Shown one piece after another: positions 27,347-35,468 of a stretch of DNA of 64,000 nt. Made by a program: the position numbers and the translations under genes. Origin of the DNA: a virus; the IMG/VR virus record IMGVR_UViG_3300045988_164457, positions 32,001 to 96,000 of that record. The stretch is one strand, 5' to 3'. The stretch's first letter is position 1. The number at the start of each line of letters is the position of its first letter. The notes beneath the pieces are model-generated. The model had not been told where the DNA came from. It saw only the letters and a list, made by a program, of their open reading frames with translations, and did no database searches.

Positions 27347-27547
27347 TCACTCCATGCTATTTATCCAATTATTAGCTTCCTTAAATTTCATTCTTACATC
27401 ATCAACTTCAAGAATAGGAACGTTTGTTATTCCCATTTTAATCATCTTATCAACATCATTAAATACCGAATATTCGATATTTTTAGCATTAAGTTTATTG
27501 ATAAGTACCTTGCATTTAGGACAACCTGTAGAATATATAACTATCAT
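27347..27547 (-). CDS. nrdH: NrdH/glutaredoxin-like redoxin
   Basis: 'VIYSTGCPKCKVL' carries the CxxC motif on a thioredoxin-fold-sized 66-aa protein. Confidence 0.75.
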   Translation of the reverse strand: MIVIYSTGCPKCKVLINKLNAKNIEYSVFNDVDKMIKMGITNVPILEVDDVRMKFKEANNWINSME

Positions 27548-27551
27548 TTAA

Positions 27552-28121
27552 TCACCCTTTCAATTTAAATCTTAATTCAAATATCCACTCTAAGTAATCA
27601 TCAATCTCAGACCAATCTTTGCACCTGCGTACAAAATGTTTATCATCGTCATAATTTCTATTCCAAGGATAGTCAAGTACAATCTTGCTGTATTTACCAC
27701 CTATGAGGTTATCATAACAATCATCAATAAGAACATCTATTTCACTGAGCAACTGTTTCTTTTGAATACAGATAAGTCTCTTACGAATATTCAGAAATGG
27801 AAGTGTTCTCTGTAACCAATTAGCCTTTTTAAGTATATTCGCAGGTTCGGTAGATGTTACAATATAAATAGTATGACTTAAATCGTTCCACTTTTTAAGA
27901 ACATCTGCACAACCGTCAATTACAGAAATGCCTTTCCATACTCTCTTATCAGTGAACAGCTTATAGAAATTATCTTTATACTCAGACTTAACAAAGTTCT
28001 CGATGTAGTAATCGGTGATATTATCTGGTGTGAGATTATCGTTATAGTCTTCATTATAGACTTTAAGAACGCTCTCAGTAAGATTGTTTAAGACATTATC
28101 ACAGTCAACACCAATAATCAC
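27552..28121 (-). CDS. 5'(3')-deoxyribonucleotidase (HAD superfamily, NT5C-like)
   Basis: The N-terminal 'IGVDCDNVLNN' is the DxDxV motif. Size and context are consistent with this call. Confidence 0.65.
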   Translation of the reverse strand: MIIGVDCDNVLNNLTESVLKVYNEDYNDNLTPDNITDYYIENFVKSEYKDNFYKLFTDKRVWKGISVIDGCADVLKKWNDLSHTIYIVTSTEPANILKKANWLQRTLPFLNIRKRLICIQKKQLLSEIDVLIDDCYDNLIGGKYSKIVLDYPWNRNYDDDKHFVRRCKDWSEIDDYLEWIFELRFKLKG

Positions 28122-28624
28122 TTTATCACGTCCTTTATAAAGTCTATTGTGTTGTTTCTAAGGTCATCAAGAGAACCGATGTTCTGAACAACATAATCGT
28201 ATTTATAATTCTCTGCTACTGCCTTGTCTGCCGAATTATCGGCTGTAATTGCCTTATTGGACTTAACAAATACTGTCTTTGCATTAAGTGCCTGTTTCAG
28301 ACGTTCAATCTTCTTAGGCTCTCTGCAATCAATAAATAACCAATCTCCTTCAAGCCAGTTTTGATGAAAGTTATCAGCAATATTAAGACAATCCTTAAAA
28401 GGAATATCGTCATATTCTTCAAGAGCGTTATTTACATCGCAAAGAAGTTTTCTAAGCTTATTAGACTTATCCTTAATGTTAATACCTTTACTTTCAAGCA
28501 TATCTCTTGTAAAATCTACATAAGAGTAATGAATTGCATCAATACCGTATTCATTTATGTATTTTATAAACGTATCTTTACCTGAAGCGTGTACTCCATT
28601 AAGAATAAATATTTTCTTAGTCAA
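28118..28624 (-). CDS. P-loop dNMP kinase-like protein
   Basis: 'IFILNGVHASGKDTF' is a P-loop motif. The gene sits in a nucleotide-metabolism context. Confidence 0.5.
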   Translation of the reverse strand: MTKKIFILNGVHASGKDTFIKYINEYGIDAIHYSYVDFTRDMLESKGINIKDKSNKLRKLLCDVNNALEEYDDIPFKDCLNIADNFHQNWLEGDWLFIDCREPKKIERLKQALNAKTVFVKSNKAITADNSADKAVAENYKYDYVVQNIGSLDDLRNNTIDFIKDVIK

Positions 28625-29279
28625 TCTTTATCATCTCCTCTAATCTTTTATATTTACCGCAACTCTTATTTTCAGGGCAGAATGAAATCTTATTAGCTTC
28701 ACACTTGGGAACGCAATAAGGTGCAAGTTCAGGACAAGTATCAATTACACATTGTCTCATTTTCTGTGCAAGTTCTCTTATTTCCCACTGCGCACGAGTA
28801 CAAAGTCTTTCATTAAAGAAGTGCATTAAATTTCTAAAATCAAAAGAACAGTCAATAACTGTACAACAAGCGTTAGGAAGTATCATTCTTGCATCTTCAG
28901 CAGGAATACCCATTGAAATCAGATCGTTGTAAGATGTTTGAATACGTTCCATAATATTCTTATAAATTGTATCTGCCGATTGATTATTGGCAATAGTCTT
29001 AGGAATTACATATTCAAAACCGTCTTCTATACAATATCTCTGACTTCTTACTTCAAATTTACCTGTCCTGTGACGTGTTATCTGTGCAAGTAAAGCCCTT
29101 GAAACACCCTCGATGTGAAAATGAAACTGAGCAAATTCCATTACTGACAAATGCCCTGAATTATAGCACTGTCTCACAATCTTGCCAATAGATGAGGGCT
29201 TACTGTTATAGCAGTTGCTTGCAGCGGATTCCATTGCAAGAATAGGCTCATTTGTGTATCTTACAAGTTCTACTTTCAA
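28617..29279 (-). CDS. thyX: Flavin-dependent thymidylate synthase
   Basis: The ThyX motif 'RHRTGKFEVRSQRY' (RHRxxSxxxxSxRY-type) is present. Confidence 0.9.
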   Translation of the reverse strand: MKVELVRYTNEPILAMESAASNCYNSKPSSIGKIVRQCYNSGHLSVMEFAQFHFHIEGVSRALLAQITRHRTGKFEVRSQRYCIEDGFEYVIPKTIANNQSADTIYKNIMERIQTSYNDLISMGIPAEDARMILPNACCTVIDCSFDFRNLMHFFNERLCTRAQWEIRELAQKMRQCVIDTCPELAPYCVPKCEANKISFCPENKSCGKYKRLEEMIKID

Positions 29280-29560
29280 TCCTCAACCCTCCACTTATCA
29301 AACTGACTAAGTATCTTACTCATTACTTCGCTACTCTTATCTGACTTGATTTCCACCTCTACAGGTTCGCTCAGATTAAGGGAAAGAATGCCCATAAGAG
29401 ACTTACCGTCCGTAATAAACTTGCCGTGCTGAACACTTATATCTGTACCTTTAGGACAGCTACTTGCTACTCTGACAAATTCTTCTACATCTTTAACAGT
29501 CACAAGATTTGCTGAAAAAACAGCCACGCTCATATTTATACTTTCAATTTTATCACCCAT
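29276..29560 (-). CDS. HPr-family (Crh-like) protein lacking the His15 site
   Basis: 'GKFITDGKSLMGILSLNLSEPVEVEI' aligns with HPr '[25 protein letters not shown]'. The 'GIHARPA' region is replaced by 'NLVTVKD'. The start was set at the ATG after a GAAGGTGA RBS. Confidence 0.6.
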   Translation of the reverse strand: MGDKIESINMSVAVFSANLVTVKDVEEFVRVASSCPKGTDISVQHGKFITDGKSLMGILSLNLSEPVEVEIKSDKSSEVMSKILSQFDKWRVED

Positions 29561-29574
29561 TTTATCACCTTCTT

Positions 29575-29775
29575 TCAATTTAATAGCGGATTAAAATATT
29601 TTGTCTTACGTTTATCAAGAATACTCATATAATATTCGGTTTCCTCATTAGTTGCTTTATGTACTTTAGTAGGTGCTTCTGAGTTAATTAGCTCATACTC
29701 CTTGGTCATCTTATTCATATAATGTCTAAAATGCTTTAAACACCTCGCATTTCTATCCCACTGTGTTTCGGTCAT
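29575..29775 (-). CDS. Hypothetical protein
   Basis: 66-aa ORF that overlaps its neighbours by 4 nt at both ends. Confidence 0.45.
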   Translation of the reverse strand: MTETQWDRNARCLKHFRHYMNKMTKEYELINSEAPTKVHKATNEETEYYMSILDKRKTKYFNPLLN

Positions 29776-30452
29776 TCTTCTGTTTCAATCCTTTCTATAG
29801 ATTTTATATTTCCCTTTAAATAATCAAAATAGCTTACTGTTCCTAATCTTCTCGGTACTTTAGGTAAAACGTCCGTGTCAACTATAAATTCAAGAACATT
29901 ACCACTAAAGAAGATACCGTTTTCATCATAAATAGGTGTATACTGATTAAAGTAATCTGTGTGTATATCCTGCTTAATATCCCCTATTATGACTGTTATC
30001 TCGTTATCTGTATCAAAAGTTATCTTAAATCTGTCCCCAACATTTTCAGCATAATATGTTCCCATTGCAACTATGTAATCATCACCTATTCTGCGAAAAC
30101 CGTCTTCATCAGTCCAAGCAAACTGTTGAAGTTCATACTGAGCAGAAGTTTTATCAGTAATACAACGATAATCCATATAAGTCTTAAACTCAGTATTGCA
30201 AGTTGGGATATCTAATGTTTCTATTGGTATTTCTATAGGGACTTCATAATATGTATTAGTAATGCTGCTTGATTTAGCAAGATTTTCAGCGGTGTATGTT
30301 ATACTTGAATTTTTGCTTTTCATATTATTATTTACTTCTATTTCGTTTAAAGCAGAAGTTAAAGAATAAAAACCGGTTGCCTGAACGATAATACTTAAAG
30401 TCATAAAACCTGTCAGGGTGGACGTACCCTTTGTTTTTCTCTCATTATACAT
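29772..30452 (-). CDS. Membrane-anchored hypothetical protein
   Basis: Has an N-terminal hydrophobic helix (LTGFMTLSIIVQATGFYSL). The C-terminal domain was not recognised. Confidence 0.5.
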   Translation of the reverse strand: MYNERKTKGTSTLTGFMTLSIIVQATGFYSLTSALNEIEVNNNMKSKNSSITYTAENLAKSSSITNTYYEVPIEIPIETLDIPTCNTEFKTYMDYRCITDKTSAQYELQQFAWTDEDGFRRIGDDYIVAMGTYYAENVGDRFKITFDTDNEITVIIGDIKQDIHTDYFNQYTPIYDENGIFFSGNVLEFIVDTDVLPKVPRRLGTVSYFDYLKGNIKSIERIETEE

Positions 30453-30467
30453 TATTCACGTTTCCTT

Positions 30468-30680
30468 TCAACAATCATTTTCTATGTAATCTTCTAATTT
30501 AATTTTAGGCACTGTTGAAATAAGACAATCTTGGCAAATTTGTTCTCCGTCATATTCAAACAGCTCTTCTACCTCATCTTCACACTCATCACAATAAAAG
30601 TGAGGAACATTTCTGTTTCTGCAAGTGCTTCCTCGGCAATGTAACGCACAATCGCAACAATCGTTTTCAAATTTTATCAT
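30468..30680 (-). CDS. Cys-rich zinc-finger-like small protein
   Basis: Contains several CxxC pairs (CCDCALHC, CDECEDE, CQDC). Confidence 0.5.
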   Translation of the reverse strand: MIKFENDCCDCALHCRGSTCRNRNVPHFYCDECEDEVEELFEYDGEQICQDCLISTVPKIKLEDYIENDC

Positions 30681-30714
30681 TCTATTTTATCACCTCCTTA
30701 ATTGTGATACTATT

Positions 30715-30742
30715 ATTATACCACTTTAAGAAATTCTGTCAA
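30715..30742 (-). promoter_or_regulatory. Near-consensus sigma-A promoter
   Basis: On the minus strand: TTGACA, 16 nt, TGGTATAAT. A GGAGGTGA RBS follows. The 19-bp AT box lies upstream at about 30762-30780. Confidence 0.55.
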
Positions 30743-30812
30743 GCGATTTTTAATGCACTTTTTATTATTTACTTATAATTTAATAAAAGTGGATTTTCAT
30801 TATATTGTATTA

Positions 30813-31058
30813 TTATGTAGGGTAATGTTTCACAACAAAATCTTCATAATCCGTAATAGCCGAATCCTTAAATTTTAACCTTGGCTCTATATACTCTACC
30901 ATCATCTTATCAAAGCAATCACAACACATATCTATGTCAATGTGACATTCATCATATTTACTACCATAGCCAACATTGTTATAATGTAAACCGAAGTGTT
31001 CTTGCTCATCAAAAACATTGAAATCCTTACCGCATAAGTCACATTTATGAATTTTCAT
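30813..31058 (-). CDS. Cys-rich zinc-finger-like small protein
   Basis: 'KCDLCGKDF' and 'CCDCFDKM'. Confidence 0.5.
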   Translation of the reverse strand: MKIHKCDLCGKDFNVFDEQEHFGLHYNNVGYGSKYDECHIDIDMCCDCFDKMMVEYIEPRLKFKDSAITDYEDFVVKHYPT

Positions 31059-31495
31059 TTTATATCCTCCCTCTTTATTTCCTTGTAAAAATCATCTTCA
31101 ACATCATAATAATTTGGAGCTTCACAACAATTATACCAACAGAACTCTACAACCTTAACATTGTCCATATTTTCAAGAGTGAAGTCAGGGTTAAGACGTT
31201 GAAAAACGGGTAGGAAATTTTCTTTCTCGATGTTATATAAGTCTCTGACTTTACCGAAATCTCCACAGAAACTGTCCCATTCATACTCAAGAACAAAGTC
31301 AATAAACTCATCTTCTGCTGGTGATATTTGAAATTTACCAACCGTTGCATATTCAAATTCATTTGGGAACTTCTTTTCAAGCAACCAAGACATATCGTCT
31401 AAATCATCGCTGGTAAACCAATCTGAAATAGAACATATTTTAAACAGTTTTTCAAAAGGTATTCTTAACACCTTTTCTCTTACATATGTACTCAT
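31055..31495 (-). CDS. Acidic hypothetical protein
   Basis: 146-aa ORF rich in D/E. No motif was recognised. Confidence 0.5.
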   Translation of the reverse strand: MSTYVREKVLRIPFEKLFKICSISDWFTSDDLDDMSWLLEKKFPNEFEYATVGKFQISPAEDEFIDFVLEYEWDSFCGDFGKVRDLYNIEKENFLPVFQRLNPDFTLENMDNVKVVEFCWYNCCEAPNYYDVEDDFYKEIKREDIK

Positions 31496-31507
31496 TATAT
31501 TCTCCTT

Positions 31508-31870
31508 TCAATTATCACCTGTTATAGCGATTACTTTCTTCCAATAAGGTTCATACTTGCTGAGTTCTTTGATTAATAAGGTTTGAAATTCTTCATCAGA
31601 TAGATTTTCGTATTCTTCACATTCAGCTAAGTAATTTGATAGAGCATCTTTAAAATCATCTCGGTCGTTATATACATAATCATCGCTAAATGGCAATGTA
31701 CAATCAAGGATTTCATCAACACTAAAATGAATTTGAGTACAATATGTATATCCATAATCGTCCGAAGCTGCATACTGACCCACGAGAATCACAATGGGCA
31801 GGTCTGGGTTTTCTGCGATAAGTTGTTTTAGTTCATCCGAATTTTTTGATAAGTTAAGTGGGTGTATCAT
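31508..31870 (-). CDS. Acidic hypothetical protein
   Basis: 120-aa ORF, strongly acidic, lying next to the methyltransferase cluster. Confidence 0.5.
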   Translation of the reverse strand: MIHPLNLSKNSDELKQLIAENPDLPIVILVGQYAASDDYGYTYCTQIHFSVDEILDCTLPFSDDYVYNDRDDFKDALSNYLAECEEYENLSDEEFQTLLIKELSKYEPYWKKVIAITGDN

Positions 31871-31882
31871 TTTATATCCTCC

Positions 31883-32641
31883 TTATGTATTCTCAATTCT
31901 CTTTTTAGCTATCTCAAAATATGTATCATCAAGTTCTATACCAATAAACTTACGATTAAGGTTCTTACAAGCCACACCTGTGCTACCACTACCCATACAA
32001 TTATCAAGTACAACTTCACCTTCAAGTGTATAGGTCTTAATGAGATATTCAAGCAACTCAACAGGTTTTTGAGTTGGATGTATTTGATTTTGTCTTCTCC
32101 ATTTCTGTTGAAAATAAATTACTGTTTCAGGATATCGTTCTCCTTTATTAAAGGTTTCACTATCACTAACTACACCCAGTTTATGATTATTTGGTTTACT
32201 ACCATCATTAGCTTTTCTATGACGATAATATGGTGTACCTTCAATCATAATAGGATAATATGCTGTTTTTTTGCCGTTTTTAGAAAAAACAGAAATTGTT
32301 TCGTGCTTCTGTTGCGGTCTATATTTACTTGTAAAAGCACTTCCACATTTAGATTTATGCCATATCCAATCATATTTCCAACCTTTAAGATTACTCAGTC
32401 TTAACTTGCTACTAAACGGCTCATTCCCGAATAAACAGATAGCTCTATTGTCTTTAATAATACGATTATACTGTTCCCACAAAAGCTCAAAAGGAATTAC
32501 AGTATCCCACTTACAAGCAGTAGTACCATAAGGCAAGTCACACAATATCATATCTATCGACTTATCAGGTATATCTTTCATAAGTTCAAGACAATCGCCA
32601 CACCAAAGTTCTATATCATTCAAATTAACACTTCCTTTCAA
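31883..32641 (-). CDS. DNA methyltransferase (N6_N4_Mtase family, beta-class order)
   Basis: Motif IV 'ILCDLPYG' is N-terminal. SAM motif 'VVLDNCMGSGSTGVA' is C-terminal. Confidence 0.85.
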   Translation of the reverse strand: MKGSVNLNDIELWCGDCLELMKDIPDKSIDMILCDLPYGTTACKWDTVIPFELLWEQYNRIIKDNRAICLFGNEPFSSKLRLSNLKGWKYDWIWHKSKCGSAFTSKYRPQQKHETISVFSKNGKKTAYYPIMIEGTPYYRHRKANDGSKPNNHKLGVVSDSETFNKGERYPETVIYFQQKWRRQNQIHPTQKPVELLEYLIKTYTLEGEVVLDNCMGSGSTGVACKNLNRKFIGIELDDTYFEIAKKRIENT

Positions 32642-32669
32642 TTTACAATAAAACGAGTCGTTTATATTA

Positions 32670-33284
32670 TTACTTTATTACATCTCTTATATCTTGACCA
32701 TCAATTTCATTACCGATGCTATCCCATCCTTTACAAGTAGTTCTTGCAAATAATTCTACCCTCGGAACATCACCGCAAAGCTCAACTATTTTGTCTCGAA
32801 TATGTTCAGGCTTTTTACTATGAGACATTACCCTGTCTTCTACTAACTGTGTCATAAATATATTCCATTCATCATCTGTCATTTCTTCACGGACGATCTG
32901 ATGAACACTCCTTGATAATCTATGAGGTTTACCCTTTGTGCCAAGTAAACATATTTCAGAATTAGCTCTCGTCCAATAACCACATCCCCAAAAATCAGTA
33001 TCAGATTTTTTGTTTTTCTTTACCCAATTAAAAGCACAAGTTTTATATGTAAAGCCCCAACGTTCCATTGTTTCTATACCTTCTTTAAGAAGCGGAAATG
33101 TGACCCAAAGGAACAAAATGCAATCATCTGCTGTAATATTTTGTACAGGTAAGTTGTAAATATCATTTATCTTCATTGTAGGATAATGATTTTCAGCCGA
33201 TTTCTTTTTCTTACCCTTTTCAGAGTAAGTTTTAAACAGCCACGGAGGGTCGGCATAGACTATATTATATTTTCTTGTTATCAT
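32670..33284 (-). CDS. MT-A70 family adenine methyltransferase
   Basis: 'YNIVYADPPWLFKTYS' carries the DPPW motif, followed by 'HYPTM'. Confidence 0.8.
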   Translation of the reverse strand: MITRKYNIVYADPPWLFKTYSEKGKKKKSAENHYPTMKINDIYNLPVQNITADDCILFLWVTFPLLKEGIETMERWGFTYKTCAFNWVKKNKKSDTDFWGCGYWTRANSEICLLGTKGKPHRLSRSVHQIVREEMTDDEWNIFMTQLVEDRVMSHSKKPEHIRDKIVELCGDVPRVELFARTTCKGWDSIGNEIDGQDIRDVIK

Positions 33285-33374
33285 TTTTACTTCCTTTCAT
33301 CAAATACTGTTTTCATTGTATAATTTTGACTACATATAGTAATAACTTGAGCGTAAAGCACTATATATAGTATC

Positions 33375-33551
33375 TTAAATTTCGTTAACCACTTCAAATT
33401 GAACTGAGCCATCAACATAATCATCTGCTTCAAGAACAATATCACTATCGTAATACTTATCCTTTACCTTTTGAATTGCCTCCTCTGAAGTTTCAGCTTC
33501 AATTTCAAGTCTACTTGTAAGTAACTCTGATACCTGTATTATATATTTCAT
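33375..33551 (-). CDS. DpnD/PcfM-like small protein (58 aa, below the ORF-track cutoff)
   Basis: Hand-translated as MKYIIQVSELLTSRLEIEAETSEEAIQKVKDKYYDSDIVLEADDYVDGSVQFEVVNEI. Confidence 0.45.
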   Translation of the reverse strand: MKYIIQVSELLTSRLEIEAETSEEAIQKVKDKYYDSDIVLEADDYVDGSVQFEVVNEI

Positions 33552-33566
33552 TTTTATCCTTTTATA

Positions 33567-34220
33567 TTATGTATTTATCCACCCGATAACAGGTGCGTTG
33601 TTATAATTGCCTACTTCCCAGACAAACCAAGCGTAACACTTTGCAGATGACATTCTCTTTTCTGTTCCATCTTTATTGTAAAGAGTATTACCGTCTTTAT
33701 CTTTTGCACTGAAATCACCGTTCATTCCACAAAGTAGTCTGTTAGCAGCTACCCACACTCTTACAGGTGGTCTTGTCTTAAAAAGTCTTATTCTTTTATC
33801 ACTTTCAAGGAATTGTATCGGAAGAAATAGTGCAAGTTTCTTACCGCTTTCAAGCAAGTCAAGCGAATGTTCCGTCCACTCTAATGCTGTTGAATAGGGT
33901 GGGTTAGTAACTATATTGTCAGCAAGAGATTTATTGCATTTGAAGAAATCAATATTACCTTCTCCATAACCTCTATCAACTAAATCCGTGCTTACAACAT
34001 CATAGCCAGCTTTAATCATAGGCTCTGACAAATGACCCCCACCACAACAATTTTCCCAGATAGAGCCATTGAATTTTTCTACTTTCATTAGTTCTTCAAC
34101 GGCTTTAGGTTCTGTTGCATAATAATCGTGTTCAGCTCTATCGTGGTCTGTATGATTACTTGCACCAAGTGTAACGAATGTTGTTTTCTTATTACCTGTC
34201 CAATCTTTATTATTACTCAA
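33567..34220 (-). CDS. SAM-dependent DNA adenine methyltransferase (NPPY motif)
   Basis: 'IWENCCGGGHLSE' is SAM-pocket-like. 'IVTNPPYS' is catalytic motif IV. Confidence 0.7.
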   Translation of the reverse strand: MSNNKDWTGNKKTTFVTLGASNHTDHDRAEHDYYATEPKAVEELMKVEKFNGSIWENCCGGGHLSEPMIKAGYDVVSTDLVDRGYGEGNIDFFKCNKSLADNIVTNPPYSTALEWTEHSLDLLESGKKLALFLPIQFLESDKRIRLFKTRPPVRVWVAANRLLCGMNGDFSAKDKDGNTLYNKDGTEKRMSSAKCYAWFVWEVGNYNNAPVIGWINT

Positions 34221-34264
34221 ATTTTAACATCTCCTTCTGTCAATGAAATTTTTGTTTTATTTCT

Positions 34265-34705
34265 TCACTTCACGCAGACCAGTATTTCAACATCGGTATC
34301 AGCAAAAACTTCTTCAATGATTACCTTTACCTTATCCCATTGCAGGCGGTCTAATCCACAACCGATTTTTGGCATTGCGAGTTTTACATTCTCATAACTC
34401 ATTAGTTCCTCATACAAAGATTTGGTGTTTTCAAGAGCCATTCTCATTGTTTTGTAAGTGGGCTTTTGCCAATACTTTTCCTTAGTAACAAGATTAAGTT
34501 CTGCTCTCCAACCTGTTGTATTAGATACTAAGCATTCCCCTACTTCTATATCTTGATAATCTTTTTGAAGTTGTGCTTTTATTCCTCGCTTTGTAAACTC
34601 CTTAGCTATTCCTGCACCCATTGCAAGATCAGCACTGATACAGTGAACAAGGATATGACCCTTTGGAACTGTAAATAAGTCTCGCTGTTCTTCTCTGATT
34701 ATCAT
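34265..34705 (-). CDS. Macro domain protein (ADP-ribose binding/hydrolase fold)
   Basis: 'LVHCISADLAMGAGIAKEF' and 'LAMPKIGCGLDRLQW' match macro-domain signature regions. Confidence 0.75.
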   Translation of the reverse strand: MIIREEQRDLFTVPKGHILVHCISADLAMGAGIAKEFTKRGIKAQLQKDYQDIEVGECLVSNTTGWRAELNLVTKEKYWQKPTYKTMRMALENTKSLYEELMSYENVKLAMPKIGCGLDRLQWDKVKVIIEEVFADTDVEILVCVK

Positions 34706-34830
34706 TTATGTGTTATCTCCTTTCCAGTTTCCGTTAGGACACTTTAATTTAAATTTTAATTGTATTTTAATATACATTTTCCAATATCTGTGTTATAATT
34801 AAATCATTGACAAATGAAAGGAAGATTGTA

Positions 34831-35418
34831 ATGTCAACCGAAGCAGAAAAAGATATTAAAAAAATTAAAAGCAAACTAAAATCTTACATACCTAAAAATA
34901 AGAGCGATATGTTTCGATTAAGCTTATCTCTCTTTATAGTAGGAATGTTTTTTGGGATAATAGAAATATTGACAAAAGTAGATTCATTTGCTATAACCAT
35001 TATTACGTCTATTTGTATGATATCTGCGATATTTTGTTTTCCATACGCTGACAAAACCAAAATTATGGACGGAATAGCAAATTTTTTATCTTATATGGGT
35101 TATACCTTTATTACTGCGCTCGCAACAATTTATTGGCTTGCTGATTTATCAAACGAAGAAATCACTATTTGGCTTTCCATCGTGACATCTATACTATTAG
35201 TTATCTTCTTCTACATAACGTTTTCTCCTTTATTTAAAGTAATTTCTATGATTGTCAATACAATTAAAACAAATGCTGCCAAAAATCACAATGGTAGCAT
35301 TATCACTATGTTTAAGTGTTTTTTCACTGGTGCTGGTATAGTGACAGCCTTTTTAATTGCTTTACTTACTATCGCCAAAACTGCTCTTGAAATTTTTGAA
35401 ATGATTCCAAAATCTTAA
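34831..35418 (+). CDS. Multi-pass membrane protein on the opposite strand within the early region
   Basis: The ATG follows an AAAGGAAG RBS. An extended -10 (TGTTATAAT) lies at about 34791-34799. There are about 5 hydrophobic helices. Confidence 0.6.
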   Translation: MSTEAEKDIKKIKSKLKSYIPKNKSDMFRLSLSLFIVGMFFGIIEILTKVDSFAITIITSICMISAIFCFPYADKTKIMDGIANFLSYMGYTFITALATIYWLADLSNEEITIWLSIVTSILLVIFFYITFSPLFKVISMIVNTIKTNAAKNHNGSIITMFKCFFTGAGIVTAFLIALLTIAKTALEIFEMIPKS

Positions 35419-35468
35419 TATAATTTTCAACTTTACAATAAAACTGTGATTTAGTTAATCATCGTTTT

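Noticed and set aside
31862-32404. 180-aa plus-strand ORF antisense to the N6_N4 methyltransferase
   Set aside because: The opposite strand carries clear MTase motifs. The ORF's sequence is low-complexity.
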